Below the pieces are notes generated by a model, which saw nothing but the letters and a program-made list of their open reading frames with translations, was not told the DNA's origin and did no database searches. 64,000 nt of DNA from Lama guanicoe (lineage: Eukaryota): positions 8,049,220-8,113,219 of the forward strand of contig MU054323.1 of the NCBI GenBank assembly GCA_013239625.1. The letters run 5' to 3'. Positions 26,047 through 41,689 of this stretch are shown piece by piece. The first letter of the stretch is position 1, and the number at the start of each line of letters is the position of its first letter. The position numbers were made by a program, and so were the translations under genes.

Positions 26047-26392
26047 CTCATCTACTCATTTCACAGATGGGAAAAATGGGCCCTGCAGAGGTTAAGCAAC
26101 TTGTCTAAAGTTGAGAGTCAGTAGCAAAATCAGGATTTGAACACAAGCTATGGGACTTGTGACCAAGTGCTTAACTACTGCGTGTCCCTATCTTACCCAG
26201 AAGTATGTGAAGTGAACTCTTGATCCACGTGTGTGTGTATGTGTGTGTGTACAGCCTTAATGTCAATCTGCTTTTATGTGTTGCTTTGTTTATTTGCTCT
26301 CAGTTCCTTCTAGTCCATATTAAACTACAAGCAGATTCCTCAGAATCCGGTGTGGTTCGCAGTGGGTTTGTCTGGAGGCAGTGCCGGGGTAA

Positions 26393-26707
<315 letters not shown>

Positions 26708-27126
26708 TGAATGGAAAAAGGGGGAGGCCTGACCTCGTTACCAGAAGGCGGGACAGCTCAGGCAATACACGTCTAACCAGAAGAAAAAGTTCTGGAGTCA
26801 TCTTAGAATTGTTGGCAACCTACTAGAAAGATGTACTGTCAGAACAAATGCTGTTCCCGATTTTATGTGTTTAGTCAAGGAATGGAACTTAGCCTGCAGT
26901 CTGTGCTTTCCCACCTTGGAACCTGGGCATTCGTTGCTCAACTGGAAGCCTGCAGGGAGACTTGCAGCAAGTGGTAATTGGAGGGGAGGAACCCTGTGCT
27001 GCTCACAGAGGGTCTGTCCTGAGCTGAGCCCCCTCCACCTGACGGGATGGGTCCAGGTGGGGTGTGCCTGGCAACCTCTTGCTTCTTTCTCAGTGGGTGA
27101 CCAACTTTTGACATGCTGTCTTCTAG

Positions 27127-27279
<153 letters not shown>

Positions 27280-28214
27280 TGAGAGAGCTGCCCTCTGCCC
27301 CCGGGGAGGCCCCTGGGAGGAGGCTGGCTCGTCCTAACCACCAAGCAGGGCCCCAGGTGTCTTGGTCTTTTGATTTCTGCACCTGTTCTAGGGTTTCATT
27401 CATTCACTTACTCATTCATTCACTCCTCCAACAAATACACATCAGGTGTCTATCATGTGCCAGGCACAGGCCATGGGCTGGGGATACTAGCCACGGGCAA
27501 AAGAAAGTCCTCGATGGAGCCTGTATTCCAGCAGGAGACAGCTAGACACTAAACAGATAAATTACTCAATATACAGTTTGACAGGTGGTGGTAAGTGCTT
27601 GGAAAGGAAATAAAACAGGGTAAGGTGAGAGGAGTGGAGGGGGAAGGTCAGTGCTCCAGAACCATCAAGCCTCCGGAGCTGTTTGTCTGACTTATTTATG
27701 ACAGTCAGGGACAGGGCGGGGTGGGAAAGGGGCGGGCCAAACAGGATCTGGGAACCAATACTTTGAATTGGAATGAAATGTTAAAGACTGAGATGGAGAC
27801 AGGTCTTTCCAAAATGGAAGAGAGCCAAGAGGGTGGGGGCCTCTCTCTTTGGAGTATTGTAGATTCACTTCTGCATTCCCAGGCCTACCCCACCCACTGC
27901 CCCACTTCTGTGAGCTCTGTGCTGCCTTTGCTTCATGGGAACCCCAGCCAGAACAAGGCACCAACCCGGGTCACGGCTGAATTATACGCCAGGGTTGGCC
28001 CTGGGACTGCAGGGCACTGGCCTTCCCCCAGTGCACAGACTTCGTAACAATTTCCAGACAGGTCCTTCCATAGCCCTTAGGTTGCACGAAACTTGGCAAG
28101 TCTGCACTTGGATTTGACTTTGTGTCACTTGTGCTGTTGTCTGAGAGTTCTTTGATGTGGTGGGACATGCCTAATCCAAGCAGACACGGGAGCCCTTTTC
28201 CTTCTTGGTCGTAG

Positions 28215-28361
<147 letters not shown>

Positions 28362-28754
28362 TGACCCCTCTGCATCTGAATTCGCTAGCCTCTGTATATC
28401 TTGGCGAGGATAGCTGAAACCCACGACTACACTTCCCAGTTAGTCGGTGAGGCCCCGCGGATGTGGGCCTCTCTGATGGTGGTCAGTACCACCTGGGCAG
28501 CCTGCTGTGTTTCCGGGGTCCTGCCACGTTCTCCTTCACTTCCTGTGTACCTCCCCCAGCCATGGGTACTTATACACAAATGGGCCAAGAAGCTGTTTCA
28601 AGACATATCTTAAAGGGTGTGGGGTTATTACTTTATTTCAGAGACATAAGGAACAAAGAAATAATATGACCGAGAGCCAATGAATTTTTTTTTAACTTTA
28701 GCAGTACAAATGTCTGCATTCCTCTGAGAGTTTCTGGAGTAAGGGCCCCGTTAA

Positions 28755-29135
<381 letters not shown>

Positions 29136-30300
29136 TGATATTCTAGAGCTAGTCCCCTCCACCAGTTCTCACTAATCATCTGCTCCCTTTTACATGATAA
29201 TATCTGAAGGAGCTCATGTACCAGATACACATGGAGGAATGCTTTCTTTAATAAATCAGTGGAAAACTGCCAAGATGCTGAGGGGTCTGGAAACCACGGC
29301 ATGTAAGGAATCATGGAGGGAACTGTGCATTTTCTCCGGGCAAAGGGAAGACGTCCCTAGGGCGAGGTAGCAATGACATAGGGCCAATGCTAGGACAGCC
29401 ACTATCCACTGGGTGTCTACCATATTCCAGGCACTTAACTCACAGCATCTCTAATCCTTACAGTAATGTGAAGAGGAGAAATTGCTGACGGCATTTTATA
29501 CACCAGGAAACTGAGGCTCAGAGTCAAGGTTACTTAGCTAGTAAGTGGTAAGCCCTGGATTCAAGCCCAGTTTTGTGTGGTTCCAAAGCCTCTGTCCTTC
29601 CGAATATTCCAGAGTCCCCTGACTGATGGTTGAACTTCGCAGGAAGGCAGATTCTGACTCACCATCAGAAAGAAACTTCCCATAGTTAGAACTATCTAAT
29701 ACAGAAAAGAGTCATCCCACAAAACAAAGATTCCTTTATCTCAGAAAGTATTCAGGGGCTGAATGACTGTGTCTGTCTTCAGCGTAGAAGGATTCCTACA
29801 GTGGGAAGAGGTTAGATTTTCTGGTTTCTAAAGTTCTTTCCAAACCTAGGATTCTGTGTTTCAACATCAGTTTAAAAAAAAATCATCTCTAATTACATTT
29901 AGATGTAGTATAATTATATCTTAACACTCAAGCACAGTCTGTTTATTTCAGTCTTTATCTAGGAAAACACGTTAGATGAAAGCTTTTCCACATCTTGCCT
30001 TTGGTAGAATTTCAGTTCTTAACTCCTCTTGTAGCTTTATATAATGAGGTTAAATTAAAAACCCTATAAGACTACAAATATTTTTCCAGCCTTGAGAATT
30101 TCATGGAGCTGAGTTACTGACAAAGAACAGTAGACGTCTGTAGGACAGCAGCTCTGCTGCTGTGGGCTGTATACATTACACTTGTAATGAAAATGGCTAT
30201 TGTTAAGCTTTCTGAAGTTGTCTTGATCCTATGATAATTTATATGACAAAACTACATACTGTTGGCCTCAAACAGTGAAATAATGGAACCTCGTGTTCTT

Positions 30301-31213
30301 TTTTGTTTTTGTTTTGTTTTTCCTTTTGTGGTAAGAGCCCTTAATATAAGATCTACCCTCTTTGCAAAATTTTAAGTGCACAGTACAGTATTGTTAATCC
30401 TAAACCGTCTGTTGTACATTATGTCTCCAGAATTTATTCATCTTGCAAAACTGAAACTTTGTACCCTTTGACCAATACCTCCCCACCTTCCCCTCCCCCA
30501 GCTCCTGGCAGCCCCTGGTAGCACATTCTGCTCTCTGCTTCTGAGTGTGACTGTTTTAGATCCCATATATAAGTGAGATCATGCAGTATTTGTATTTCTG
30601 TGTTTGGCTTATTTCCCTTAGCATAGTGTCCTGCCTGTCCATTTATGTTGTTGCAAATGGCAGGATTTCCTTTTTTTTTTTTAAGGCTGAATAATATGCC
30701 ATTGTATGTATATTCCACTTTCTCTTTAATCCATTCATCCATTGTTAGACAGTTTGGTTGTTTCTGTATCTTGGCTATTGTGAATAATGCTGCAATGAAC
30801 AAGAGTGCAGATACCTCTTCAAGATCCAGATTTCAATTCTTTGGAGTATATTCCCAGAAATGGGATTGCTGGATCAAATGGTAATCCTATTTTTACTTTT
30901 TGAGGACCTCCATATTGTTTCCATAGTGACTGTACTAAAGTGCATTCCCACCAACAGAGTACAAGGATGCTCTTTTCTCCATATCCTTGCCAACATTTGC
31001 TATCTTTCGTTTTTTGATACCAGCCATCCTACAGTTGTGAGGTGATATCTCATTGTGGTTTTGATTTGCATTCTCCTGATGATTAGTGATGTTGAGCATC
31101 TTTTCATGTGCCTGTTGGCCATCTGCATTGTCTTCTTTGGAGAAATCTCTGTTCATGTCTTTTGCCTATTTTCTAACCGAGTAATTTATATTTTTGCTAT
31201 TGAGTTGTAGGAG
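30301..31213 (-). mobile_element. L1MA-like 3' fragment with degenerate TSD
   Basis: ORFs 30434-30802 and 30935-31156 are frameshifted ORF2 pieces; flanks tggaacctcgtgttctt / tggaaccttatcttctt. Confidence 0.85.
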
Positions 31214-34200
31214 TGGAACCTTATCTTCTTAATCCAATATTCAAATGCTTGAACAAAGCCAAAACATTCTGGGATGTGGGGAGACGATAGAGGTTAGTGG
31301 GTAAGACTAGGGAGGTGAAGGACAGAGAGGCAGAGAGCCTGGGAGCCCGGGCTCACCCTGTCTGGATGGACTAACAGTGGAGTGTGGGTATGTGGGAGGC
31401 TGGCAGATGGAGATATTCAGAGAAGGAAAGTGTGTGCAATTCTTCTGCGTAACAGTTCTTGCCTGTATTAGAATGGAAACCGAGAGTATACTGTACCACA
31501 TTCTACCTGGGAAAAGATAATCAAATCATCTATTACCCACATTGCAATATGTGAACATTTTAGTAGATTGAGCTATATTCACCAGATAGTAAAGTCAAAT
31601 AGCATTGATTATTGTCAAAAAGATACGGCATGTAGCTCAATTCAAAGCACTAATTCATAGCACTAAAATTTTTGTTATAGCACTAAAACTTTTGCAAACC
31701 AGAAAAATACAAAGGATCCAATACACATAGATCCGGTTTGGTAGGTAAAAGACAAGATGCAGAAAAAAAGAAGGGATACTTTTCAAGCGCTTACTGCCAA
31801 TAAAGCCACATTAACAATGAGCGAAGAGAAGACTATAAACATTATGTGCTCGAAAAGATTTTACCACTGCTGTCCACCACCCTAGAACACAAACTGCTAG
31901 AATAACACTTAGTTCTTGATGCAGGAAGCAAATGTTTTTGCTTTCAGGCCCTACATGGTCATTTAAAATTGTAAAATGGTTTAGTTCTACTTGAATACCA
32001 GAATATTAATCATAAAAAATCAAATACAAGTTATTTACTTAACAGATACTGTGAACTTACATTGTGCAAGTTACAAAAATAAACAAGATACAGTTCCTGT
32101 CCTCAGGGAACTTATAATCTTGTGAATGAGAAAGCAAGCTACATAAATCATATAAAAGAGCGAGTGACAGGGAAAAAAGGGTAAGCAAAAGTGTGGGATT
32201 GCAAGTCTACGGTTCCAAAAGGAATCCAGGAGTCCCCACCCAGTATTGAGACTGGTGATAAAGAGGCCTAGTGGGGGTCTCTGCTGTTCCAAATTTCCGT
32301 TCTGCTGGGGTGGTGGTGGCAACCGTTTTCAGGCTGGGATAGGAGATGGCTCCCCTGCTCCTTTGCTCCTACTGCCCCAGGAAAAGGATGGGAAGGGAGG
32401 TGTGGTCAACACCTGCAATACCTTTCACATTGAAGGACTATTGTGGCAGGTTATCGTAATTTTATACATTATTCATAAAACCAAGTGTGATTTTTTTTGC
32501 CATTAGTCCTGGGAACGTGAAGTGTAACTTTGCAAAATATCTTTGGATAATGGAATAAGAGCACTGACATTTAACAAAATCGATTCCAAGTTTTTAAAAA
32601 AATGTGAGGCTGTATTCAATATGTGACAATTCAATATGTGACAATAGAGGATGGCTCTATGTTGAGACTAAGACCTGTGATAGTTAATAGTAGATTCTCC
32701 AGTGCTAATATTACTATGAGCATAAGGTGTTGCAGACAAAATAATAAGTAATGTAATTCGGGTAATTGTCTGCTGTAGACGCTGCAGTGCGAGAGGCACA
32801 AGACCACTGTTAGTTCTGTGCGCTCATTGGCAGCACTGCCAGTAACTTCCAAGTGGCATCATGAATGTGAAGCCCCCAGAGGTGGCCCTGGGACAGGGCT
32901 GAGGTGAAGGAGTGGCTGATCAGTGATCTTCATGGCTTGTCCCTCCAGACATCAGTCCCCTGGTCTGAACATTGGCAAAGAGCAGGAGCCAGCGTTTTTC
33001 ACAAGAGGAAATAAAATCAGCTAATAAATACTCAGCTGCATGCACAAGCAAAAGACTAAACTTAAAAAATCAGATGGTAGGTTATTATTATTATTAGATA
33101 TATTTTTGCCAATAAGACTGGCTCAGATTTAAGTTCTTTCAGGTCACTAGGAGAAAGACATGGCCTGATTACTCGGGTTCAGAGTTTTGTAAACTGTGTT
33201 CAGCTCGGTGAGATACTGATGGTGGTTTCACACAACCAACAAAAAAAAGTGATGCCAGTGATATATATTTTCCCCTAAATTAGATGTATTAATTAGAAAA
33301 AATAGAGTCTATTTACATAATTATTATGTAGTAATCTACCTTTAAGAATGAAATGACACACATGAATCTGATAGAGCTCAAATTTATAACTCACGCACTC
33401 TTGCTGTGTTATAAATATAAAAACTGTTCTGTAGTCCAAATAAGCTTGAGAAATGCTGTCTTAGTGACAGGGGCTCAGAGAAGCTCAGAGAAGAAGGAGG
33501 GCCCTGGACCTCATCAGAGTGGACACCCAGGTGCTCTGGGTCACAGGGTGCCCAGATGCCCCAGTCCCAGCAAAGCCATTTGTTGTCCTTCCAAATCAGA
33601 GCAGCTCTGGAGACCCTCCTTCTCTGTGAGTGTTCACACTTTCTCAGAGTCGCCATCCAACAAGGAGCTTTCCTATTGACTCCTGTGCTAAGCCACACTG
33701 ACCAGTGGCCTCTCCTATGTCCAGGGCTGGTCACATTCAAAGTAGCAGGGCTTGGCTTCATTTGGAGCATGGTGGCATAAATCATTGTGGCTTTGCAGGA
33801 AGAACTGCTGAGAGTCCCTTTCCCTAGTCGACACTCACAGCCATCCCTAGAAGGGTACAGGGCCTGGAGCGGTGGCTCAGGCTGGGACCGCCTGGGATAA
33901 TTGCACTGAAAATGAGGCTGTGCTGTCAGCATCTTCCCTACGCTCTCTTTGGGATATTGTTCAAGTCAGAAATTTCTAAATTAAACTTTAATCATGCCCA
34001 GGAAGAGTTGGGTGCAGCTCCTGGCAGCTCCCTGCCCCATCCCACACATCATGCCCAAGGGCCAGCCATGCCCTGCACAGTGCTAAGTGCGGACGGGGTG
34101 GGGAGGTGGGCACTTGCACGTGGCTGGAGGGAGTGTGCACCATAAATTGCTCTCTGGAAAGCAGTTTACTGACAGCCTTTGAATTTCACTTCTGAGAATC

Positions 34201-35406
34201 TACCTTAAGGAAATAAACAAAAAAGCCCCAAAGCTTTAGGTGTAATTCTTCCCAGCATTATTTTATAACATTGAAGATTATCAAAACAACATAAGTGTAT
34301 TTATACACTTATAAATATATATATACAGTAGGGAAGTGGTAAAATCTTATGACATATGAGAAACATAAATATTTTGCATATGATAAATTATAAAATATTA
34401 TGCACCATTTAAATCATATGAATAAAATTTGATTAGCATGGAAAATTCTTATGTTTAGTACTAAAGGGGGAAAAGTGGGGTGTAAAATTGTAGGTATAGT
34501 CGGATCTCAACTATGTAAGGCCCTCCTTCCCTTCAGGATCAAGCTCTGGATTTCTAGTTTAGTCAGGCCCTGCTGCGCTGTCAGCCTCCTCTCTCACCTC
34601 CCTCCCTGCTTCTTACCTCAAATCCTGAACTGCTCCTTCTTCCCCAAAGCACCTGGCTTTCCCTGGCCTCTCTAGCCCTCTCTCCCCTCCCCCAAGTGAC
34701 TCCTACTCTTCTCCAGGCCTCGGACACGCTGATGCCATCTTTTCAGGGATGCTGCCCTGCCCTCAAGGGCACGGAGTCCTCCCCTCTTTGGTCCCACACC
34801 ACCCTGTGCCTACCCCGATCTCACTTCTTGTTCATCTGTCCCCCTCCTACACAGGGCAGAACTGGGCCTTTTTCACCAGTGTATTCCAGCAGCACCTGAA
34901 AAGTGTGGGACATATAGTAAGCACTCAGTAAATACTTGCTGAATGAATGAACACAGCTAGTGGAAATCTAAGAAGTAAGGATGGTTGCATCTAGCCTCCT
35001 TAAAATAAACGTGGTTTGCTAAACACTGACACTGCCAACTGGAAGGTCAGAGCGGGGACACTGCAGGTTTCTGTGGCAACGTTCACTTCTATGGCATTTC
35101 TAGTGGGGTTGCTTGTTCTCTAAAGGGTCTGGGGCAGAGAACGAGAGGTAGCTGGACGTGAATGCTCTAACTGTGATCTCTCTTAGCGGTAGGTATGTAG
35201 GCTTTAGCTTGATCTTGAATGATACATGTTTTTCTCTAGATGACCTTTCATTTGCCTCTTATGTTACATTTTCTAAGAATTCAGGTGGAGACACTTGTCC
35301 CTAAGGTTCCTCTGATCTGATTCCAGAACAAATGACTGGGGACCCTCAGGCATAACAAATTGTACCGGGGCCAATTAGGATTATTTTTTTTAAACTTTAA
35401 CTTTAG

Positions 35407-35547
<141 letters not shown>

Positions 35548-35759
35548 TAAGCCAGCCCGCGGAGCATCTTTCTTCTGGGCCCTTCTGCTGAGAAGAGGGG
35601 TAGGGGTGTACTCTTTTGTAGGAGCAGAAACTGTTAAAAGTATAACCAGTTCTTACTGAAAGAGTTTTTTTGGTTAAACAATGCATTCAATGGGATCTAC
35701 TCCACCTCCCCCCCGCCCCCAGAAAAGAGTCTACAGCAAAAAGTGTGTCTCCCGTCCCT

Positions 35760-37860
35760 CCTTTCTCTGGATCCTCTTTCTCACCTCTGTAACCACTATT
35801 TGTTTCTTTGGCGTCTTCCAGAATTTCTTTATGCAAATACAAGCAAACACAAGTAGACCGGCTCATCTCCCTCTGCTTTTACACAAGTGATAGCATTCTG
35901 TACACGTTGTTCTGGATCTTGAACATGTTTCCACACCAGTTCATAGAGAACGTTCACATTATTTCTTAAGCTGCCTAGTATTCCATTGCTGAGATATGCT
36001 GTGATTTACTTAACCAGTGCCATATTGTTGCACATTTAGATGGCTTCTAATCTCTTGCTATTACAAATAATACCAACATAAGTATTCATGTCAATGTCAC
36101 TTTACGTAGGTGCTGAACTATCTGTAGAATAAATTCTCAACTTGTAATTACAGAAGCAGTACATGTGCACTATAGAAAATATCACAAGTGAAAGTAAGAT
36201 AAAAACATAAAACCACCATATTCCTGTTGCCAGAGATTGTGTATCTCTCTCTCTCTAGATAGATAGGTAGATAGACAGATGATATAGATACAACATCATA
36301 CTGTTCCTATTGTCTTGCAATCTACCTTTTTTTAAAGTCAACATCTTCCACCTTTCCATTTCAGTAAGTTTCACTTTATCTGAATATCCAGATCACATTC
36401 AGATTTCCCCAGTTGTCCAAAGATATCCTTTACAGTAGGTTTGTCCAAACTAGCATCTCATCTGGGACCAGGCATTGCATCAGGTTGTTAAATTGAGTTC
36501 TTCGAGTCTCTCTGACCTATGAGATCCTCCCCTCCCCTCCACCTGCCAACCTCCTTTTTACATGATACTCAACTTATATACTTACTGTATCCTCTTTCCT
36601 TGAGGATGTGTGTGTGTGTGTGTGGTGGGGGGTGGAACCAGTTATTTATTCAAAAGTCTGGACCAGTTATTTTATAGAATGTCCCACTTTCTGGATTTGA
36701 ATGGTTTGTATTTACTTGTTTCTCTGGCCCTATATTTCCAATGAATTGTAAATTATAGCTACAGACTTATGGATTCAGTTTACACATTTTGGGCCAGAAT
36801 ATTGCGTCAGTCATATTGCATTATAATGGAAGACACATTGTACTGCCTAGTTGATCCATCATTAGTGATACTAGGATTAACCAAGGGTTAGGGTGAGGAA
36901 TGCATTTGTGATTTGGACATTGCCAAATTGCCCTCTTAGGAGATTTATGCTCTCTGCAGCAATGTGTACAAGTACCTAGCGCCCCACAGCCTTGACATTT
37001 TGTCAGGAGTGTAAGTGAGAAGTTGCATCTCAATGTATTTTTATCTAGCATTTCTCTTGCGGATGAAATCAAGCATAGTTTTACATGTGTGTGAGCCATT
37101 TGGTATTCTTATTTATGAATTATATACTATGTCTGAGTATGCCTGGTCTACTCTTCTATTATTTTTTTTTTTCCCTCTTCCATTTCAGTGCTCCTTCCAT
37201 GTAAGGGAGATTAGCCTTTTGCTTTAGGAATTGCAAATATTTTAAACTGATTTGCTGTTTGTGGATTTTTGCAATGCAGATATTTTAAATCTGCATGTTG
37301 TTGAGTCTGTCAGTATTTTCCTTTATGGCTTCTGGGTTTTGACTCATAGTAAGAAATACCTTCTCCACTCTGAGGTTATAAAGGAATCCTTCCATGTTTC
37401 CCAGTGAGACATTTATAGTTTCATTTTACACTTAAACTTTCAACCTGTTTCAACTTGATCTTAGTGTATAGTGCGAGGTGTGAGTCCAACTCTTATTTTT
37501 ACCCAGATGGCTAATGATTGTCCCAATGCCATTCCCTACTGATTGGAAATGACAACTATTTTACTTAATTTTGAAAAAAAAATATTTTAAATTGAATTTA
37601 TTCATTTATTTCTATTTGGAGGGGGTACTGGAGATTGAACCTGGGACCTCATGAATGTCAAACATGCATGCTACCACTTGAGCTGTACCCTTCCCCTGAA
37701 ATATATTTTCATCTTTCTGATTCACTTGTCTGTTTTGTTTTTTTAGGTCCCAGTTCTACACTGTTCTCATTGTCAGGGCCGTCTGATATGTCTTAATATG
37801 TGAAAGGGCTAGTCTTCCCATATTGCTCTCTAAAATTGTAACCAATTCTTGATTCTTTAT
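35760..37860 (-). mobile_element. Cluster of old L1M fragments (approximate) with nested SINE
   Basis: tagtattccattg...ttgctattacaaataa; ggacattgccaaattgccctc; degenerate antisense L1. Confidence 0.5.
37585..37696 (-). mobile_element. Vic-1-like SINE (diverged)
   Basis: gggggtactggagattgaacctgggacctc...ctaccacttgagctgtacccttcccc. Confidence 0.75.
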
Positions 37861-38510
37861 AACAAGGACACAGGCAATTACCAAACAAGATAACATTTAT
37901 GTAGCTTATTTATTTTTGGTGTTTAAATGAAATCAGAGGTATATTCACACACCACACTTGTTCAAACACTCATTCTCCCTGCTGCTTGGTGCCGATACTC
38001 TGGCTTTACTGAAGGATGCCTATTACTTGGGACTTCTCACCCATCCTGCCCCTTCCCTATCTTCTTTTCTGTTTCCTTCTTCCCACCCCTCCTCCTATTG
38101 TTCCTTTAAGAATTGCCTCCTAAGTTCCAAACCATTGTGGGAGGCTCTGAAGATCAGAGAAGAATAAGACATCTTGTTTAATCCTTGTTTGAGGATTTTC
38201 CTCCAAAGCCCAAACATCTTATTACTATTTATGAATTCTTCCACTTGTAGATTGATGATACATTTTAGACAGATGTTGTATAGAGAAATACTAGTTGAAC
38301 ATTTGATAGTTACTTATAAGGGAAAATGATACTGAATAAATGAGCTGGCATCTTAAGCATGATTTATCTGAGATAAGCAAGAGTATTTAGGGGACAGTAT
38401 TTATGGGAGAATCCTACGTCATGCACCATACTAGATAGGGGAACATCAGTGGCATCACACTGTGGTGCAGTGAGAAGGACTTATCCGGGAAGGCTTCCTG
38501 AAGAAGAGAA

Positions 38511-38670
38511 GGGGGCAGGTTATAGCTCAGTGGTAGAGCTTAGCATGCACAAGGTCCTGTGTTCAATCCCCAATACCTCCATTAAAAATACATAACATAC
38601 ATACATACATACATACATAAACATAATCCACCCCCCAAAAAAGCCTGAAAAAATTAAATTAAAAAAAAGA
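38511..38670 (+). mobile_element. Vic-1-like SINE with (TACA)n expansion in the tail
   Basis: gggggcaggttatagctcagtggtagagcttagcatgcacaaggtcctgtgttcaatcccc...(cata)n. Confidence 0.85.
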
Positions 38671-40810
38671 AAGGTAAGAAAAAATAGTGAAGGGGGAGGG
38701 ACGTGAAATGGCATAAAGGAGTTCAGAGAAGACTTCAGGGCAGGCAGGGCTGGAGCCAGGAATGGCAGGTCCACAGGCAAGGAGGTCGGAATCAGAAAGT
38801 TAGATGTTTGATCAAGAGGCTGCAGAGTGGGAGAGGGAGGTTGACAAGATGGCAGGTAGAGTTTGGTTTTGATCTACAGATGAGTGCTGTCACCCCCACC
38901 ATCCTGTCTTCACTGGCTCTTCCCTCTTCCCTCAAACCTACACGGGTTTCCTTTATCCTGAAGAACCTTTAGCCCACCTGCTACTCCTCCTCCATCAGGA
39001 CCCTCTTTTTTCTCTTCTTGCTTTCATGGCCTTTTTCCTTTCCTCATCACTTCCCCACCCCCCACATTCATAATTTGACCCCAGAATTGGACAGAAACTC
39101 TCCTCTGTAGGGCACCAAGGATGCCCTTCTGGCAAACACTGTGGTTTGTCCCCAGGCCCCATCTTATTAGTGTTTTGCATACTGCATCTCAGAACTTCTC
39201 TCTTTTGCTTCTCTGCCTCCAAACTATTTGCTCTTATCTCTCCATTTATCCCTAATTTGTTTGCTTTGGCGGTTCTGCTTAATCTTGCCTGATAAGCTAT
39301 TCAAGAAAGCTTCTAACCCCTTTGCTTTTTATTTTTATCCATCTACCCTGTCCATCCGTCTCATGGCTTTGGACATCGCCTCTTCATATCCTTAATTCGG
39401 ACCTCACTGCCTTGCTTTTTCTGAAACTGCCAGTGGAACATTTCAACTTGGAAAGTCACTCATTTCCAGAGTACAGTGTCTGAAAGCAGCCTCACCCACC
39501 CTCCATCTGCCTCCCTTCAACTCCAGCTTCCGGCCCTCACTAGGGACTCAACTTTCTGTTGTGTCTCCCGGCACAGCCATCCTCTCCCGTTCCCCCCACT
39601 CCTGCTCCCTGGCTCAACCTCCACTATATACCTGGAGTTTATTCATGTTTTATCAGCTTCTATGTTGAGGTAATACATAGAAACTCCTTTATTAAATGGT
39701 GTTGGAAAAAACACTTTGGGATGGCTACTTAAAAAGTTTTTATATCTGTATGTGGAAAGTCTCCTAGAATGCGGTAGTCAAGAAAATGAATTAGGTATTT
39801 CTTTTTATAGGAGACTAAGTCAAATAATGTTTGCATTTTATTAAAGATGAAAATAGGAATGCTCAGTGTTTATGTTTTAGGGAACTTGTGATTATTTCAG
39901 AATAAGGCTTGGAAGAGGGAAAGTTTTATTTTTAGAATTTTAAAAATGAAACCATGTCAGCTCTTAAATCTCCCTATTCCTGTGTGAGTGGGCAAAGTCT
40001 GAGGTCTGGTCTTGGGTCCAAAAGCCACACCTGCCATGTGTTACTTCATGGGACAAGTTTCCATGCACAGAGCTCCTGTGAGCAGTGAGCCAGGGACCGG
40101 TGGCCTGCCTGCCTTCACAGATCTCTGGCCAGGCCATAGCTGTCTCATGGTGCTGAAACCTTTGACCATTCTGTTCTGCAAGCCAGGGTAATTTAGATGC
40201 CCCCTGGCACCCGGTGTAAAACTCCTCTGTAGCACTTTTCACATTGTACTGTCGTTAACACTGGTTTTTGTCTCTGGACAGACAGTGCCTTGTACTCAGA
40301 CATATCCTTGGCACGAAAGAGAACTTTCATGTTTGACGAATGAATGAGTGAGTGAATGAATGAGTTACTGGACTTGAACAGTAGCAGCTCTTTGGGGATG
40401 GAGGACTCATGTATCATAGGCTTGTGGTGCAGTTTTTAGTTTTTCCTTTCTGTTTTCCTGGTTTCTGAAGTTGGGACAGGTTATTTAAATCTGGGAGGCC
40501 GGCACGAGCTGTGGACCCTGACAGGCGGTGTGTTGAGGACGATTCAGTCACTCTCTTGGGAAGGAGACTGCCTCTTGGTGGGTTTGGGCTTCTGGATTGT
40601 TTTAAATGCACTTAGTCTGGTGCTGCTGTTACCTCCTGTTGCTCTCCTTTCCGTGATCACAACTGGAGCTGTACTGTGGAAAATACAGGAGGGTTTTCTA
40701 TACCTTCCTCCAGTCTGACCTGGGTTTTGTAGGACTGAGTGCAGGAGACGAGAGGAACATACGCGGCAGCTTCTATGAAGCTGCAGACTAACTTTTTCTT
40801 CCCTCTTTGA

Positions 40811-40990
<180 letters not shown>

Positions 40991-41174
40991 TAGAGGTTGG
41001 GGAGTGCGTAGAGTGGGTGGTGGCAGTGGTTTCATTAGACTTTGATATCACCAGCTTTTTGGGAGCTGGACCAGGGCACTAAAGAACCCTCTGTGCTTCC
41101 TTTCTCGTCTCTTTACTTTTGTGTAACCTGCCTTTTCTTAAGACTTGATGGGATGGCTTCTGGTCTGTAGGTGA

Positions 41175-41591
<417 letters not shown>

Positions 41592-41689
41592 TGAGAATGT
41601 CAGGTCAGCTCATTCCTTTTACAGATAAGGAAACTCAAGGCAGAGAAGGGGGAAGAGGTTTCATAGCTCAGAGGTCTGGAGAGCATGAT

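Noticed and set aside
31667..32645. Short direct repeats (atagcactaaaa x2, attcaatatgtgaca x2; also tataatc[t/c]tgaaaatactgtt x2 near 21342-21397) as a CRISPR-like array
   Set aside because: Isolated two-copy slippage duplications in eukaryotic intron DNA, with no regular repeat-spacer array and no cas genes.
29850..32880. Possible ancient hAT transposase remnant around the L1 insertion (similar texture at ~14300-15200 and ~23170-23700)
   Set aside because: I could not recover a recognisable transposase motif or terminal inverted repeats by eye. It needs RepeatMasker or a tBLASTn search.
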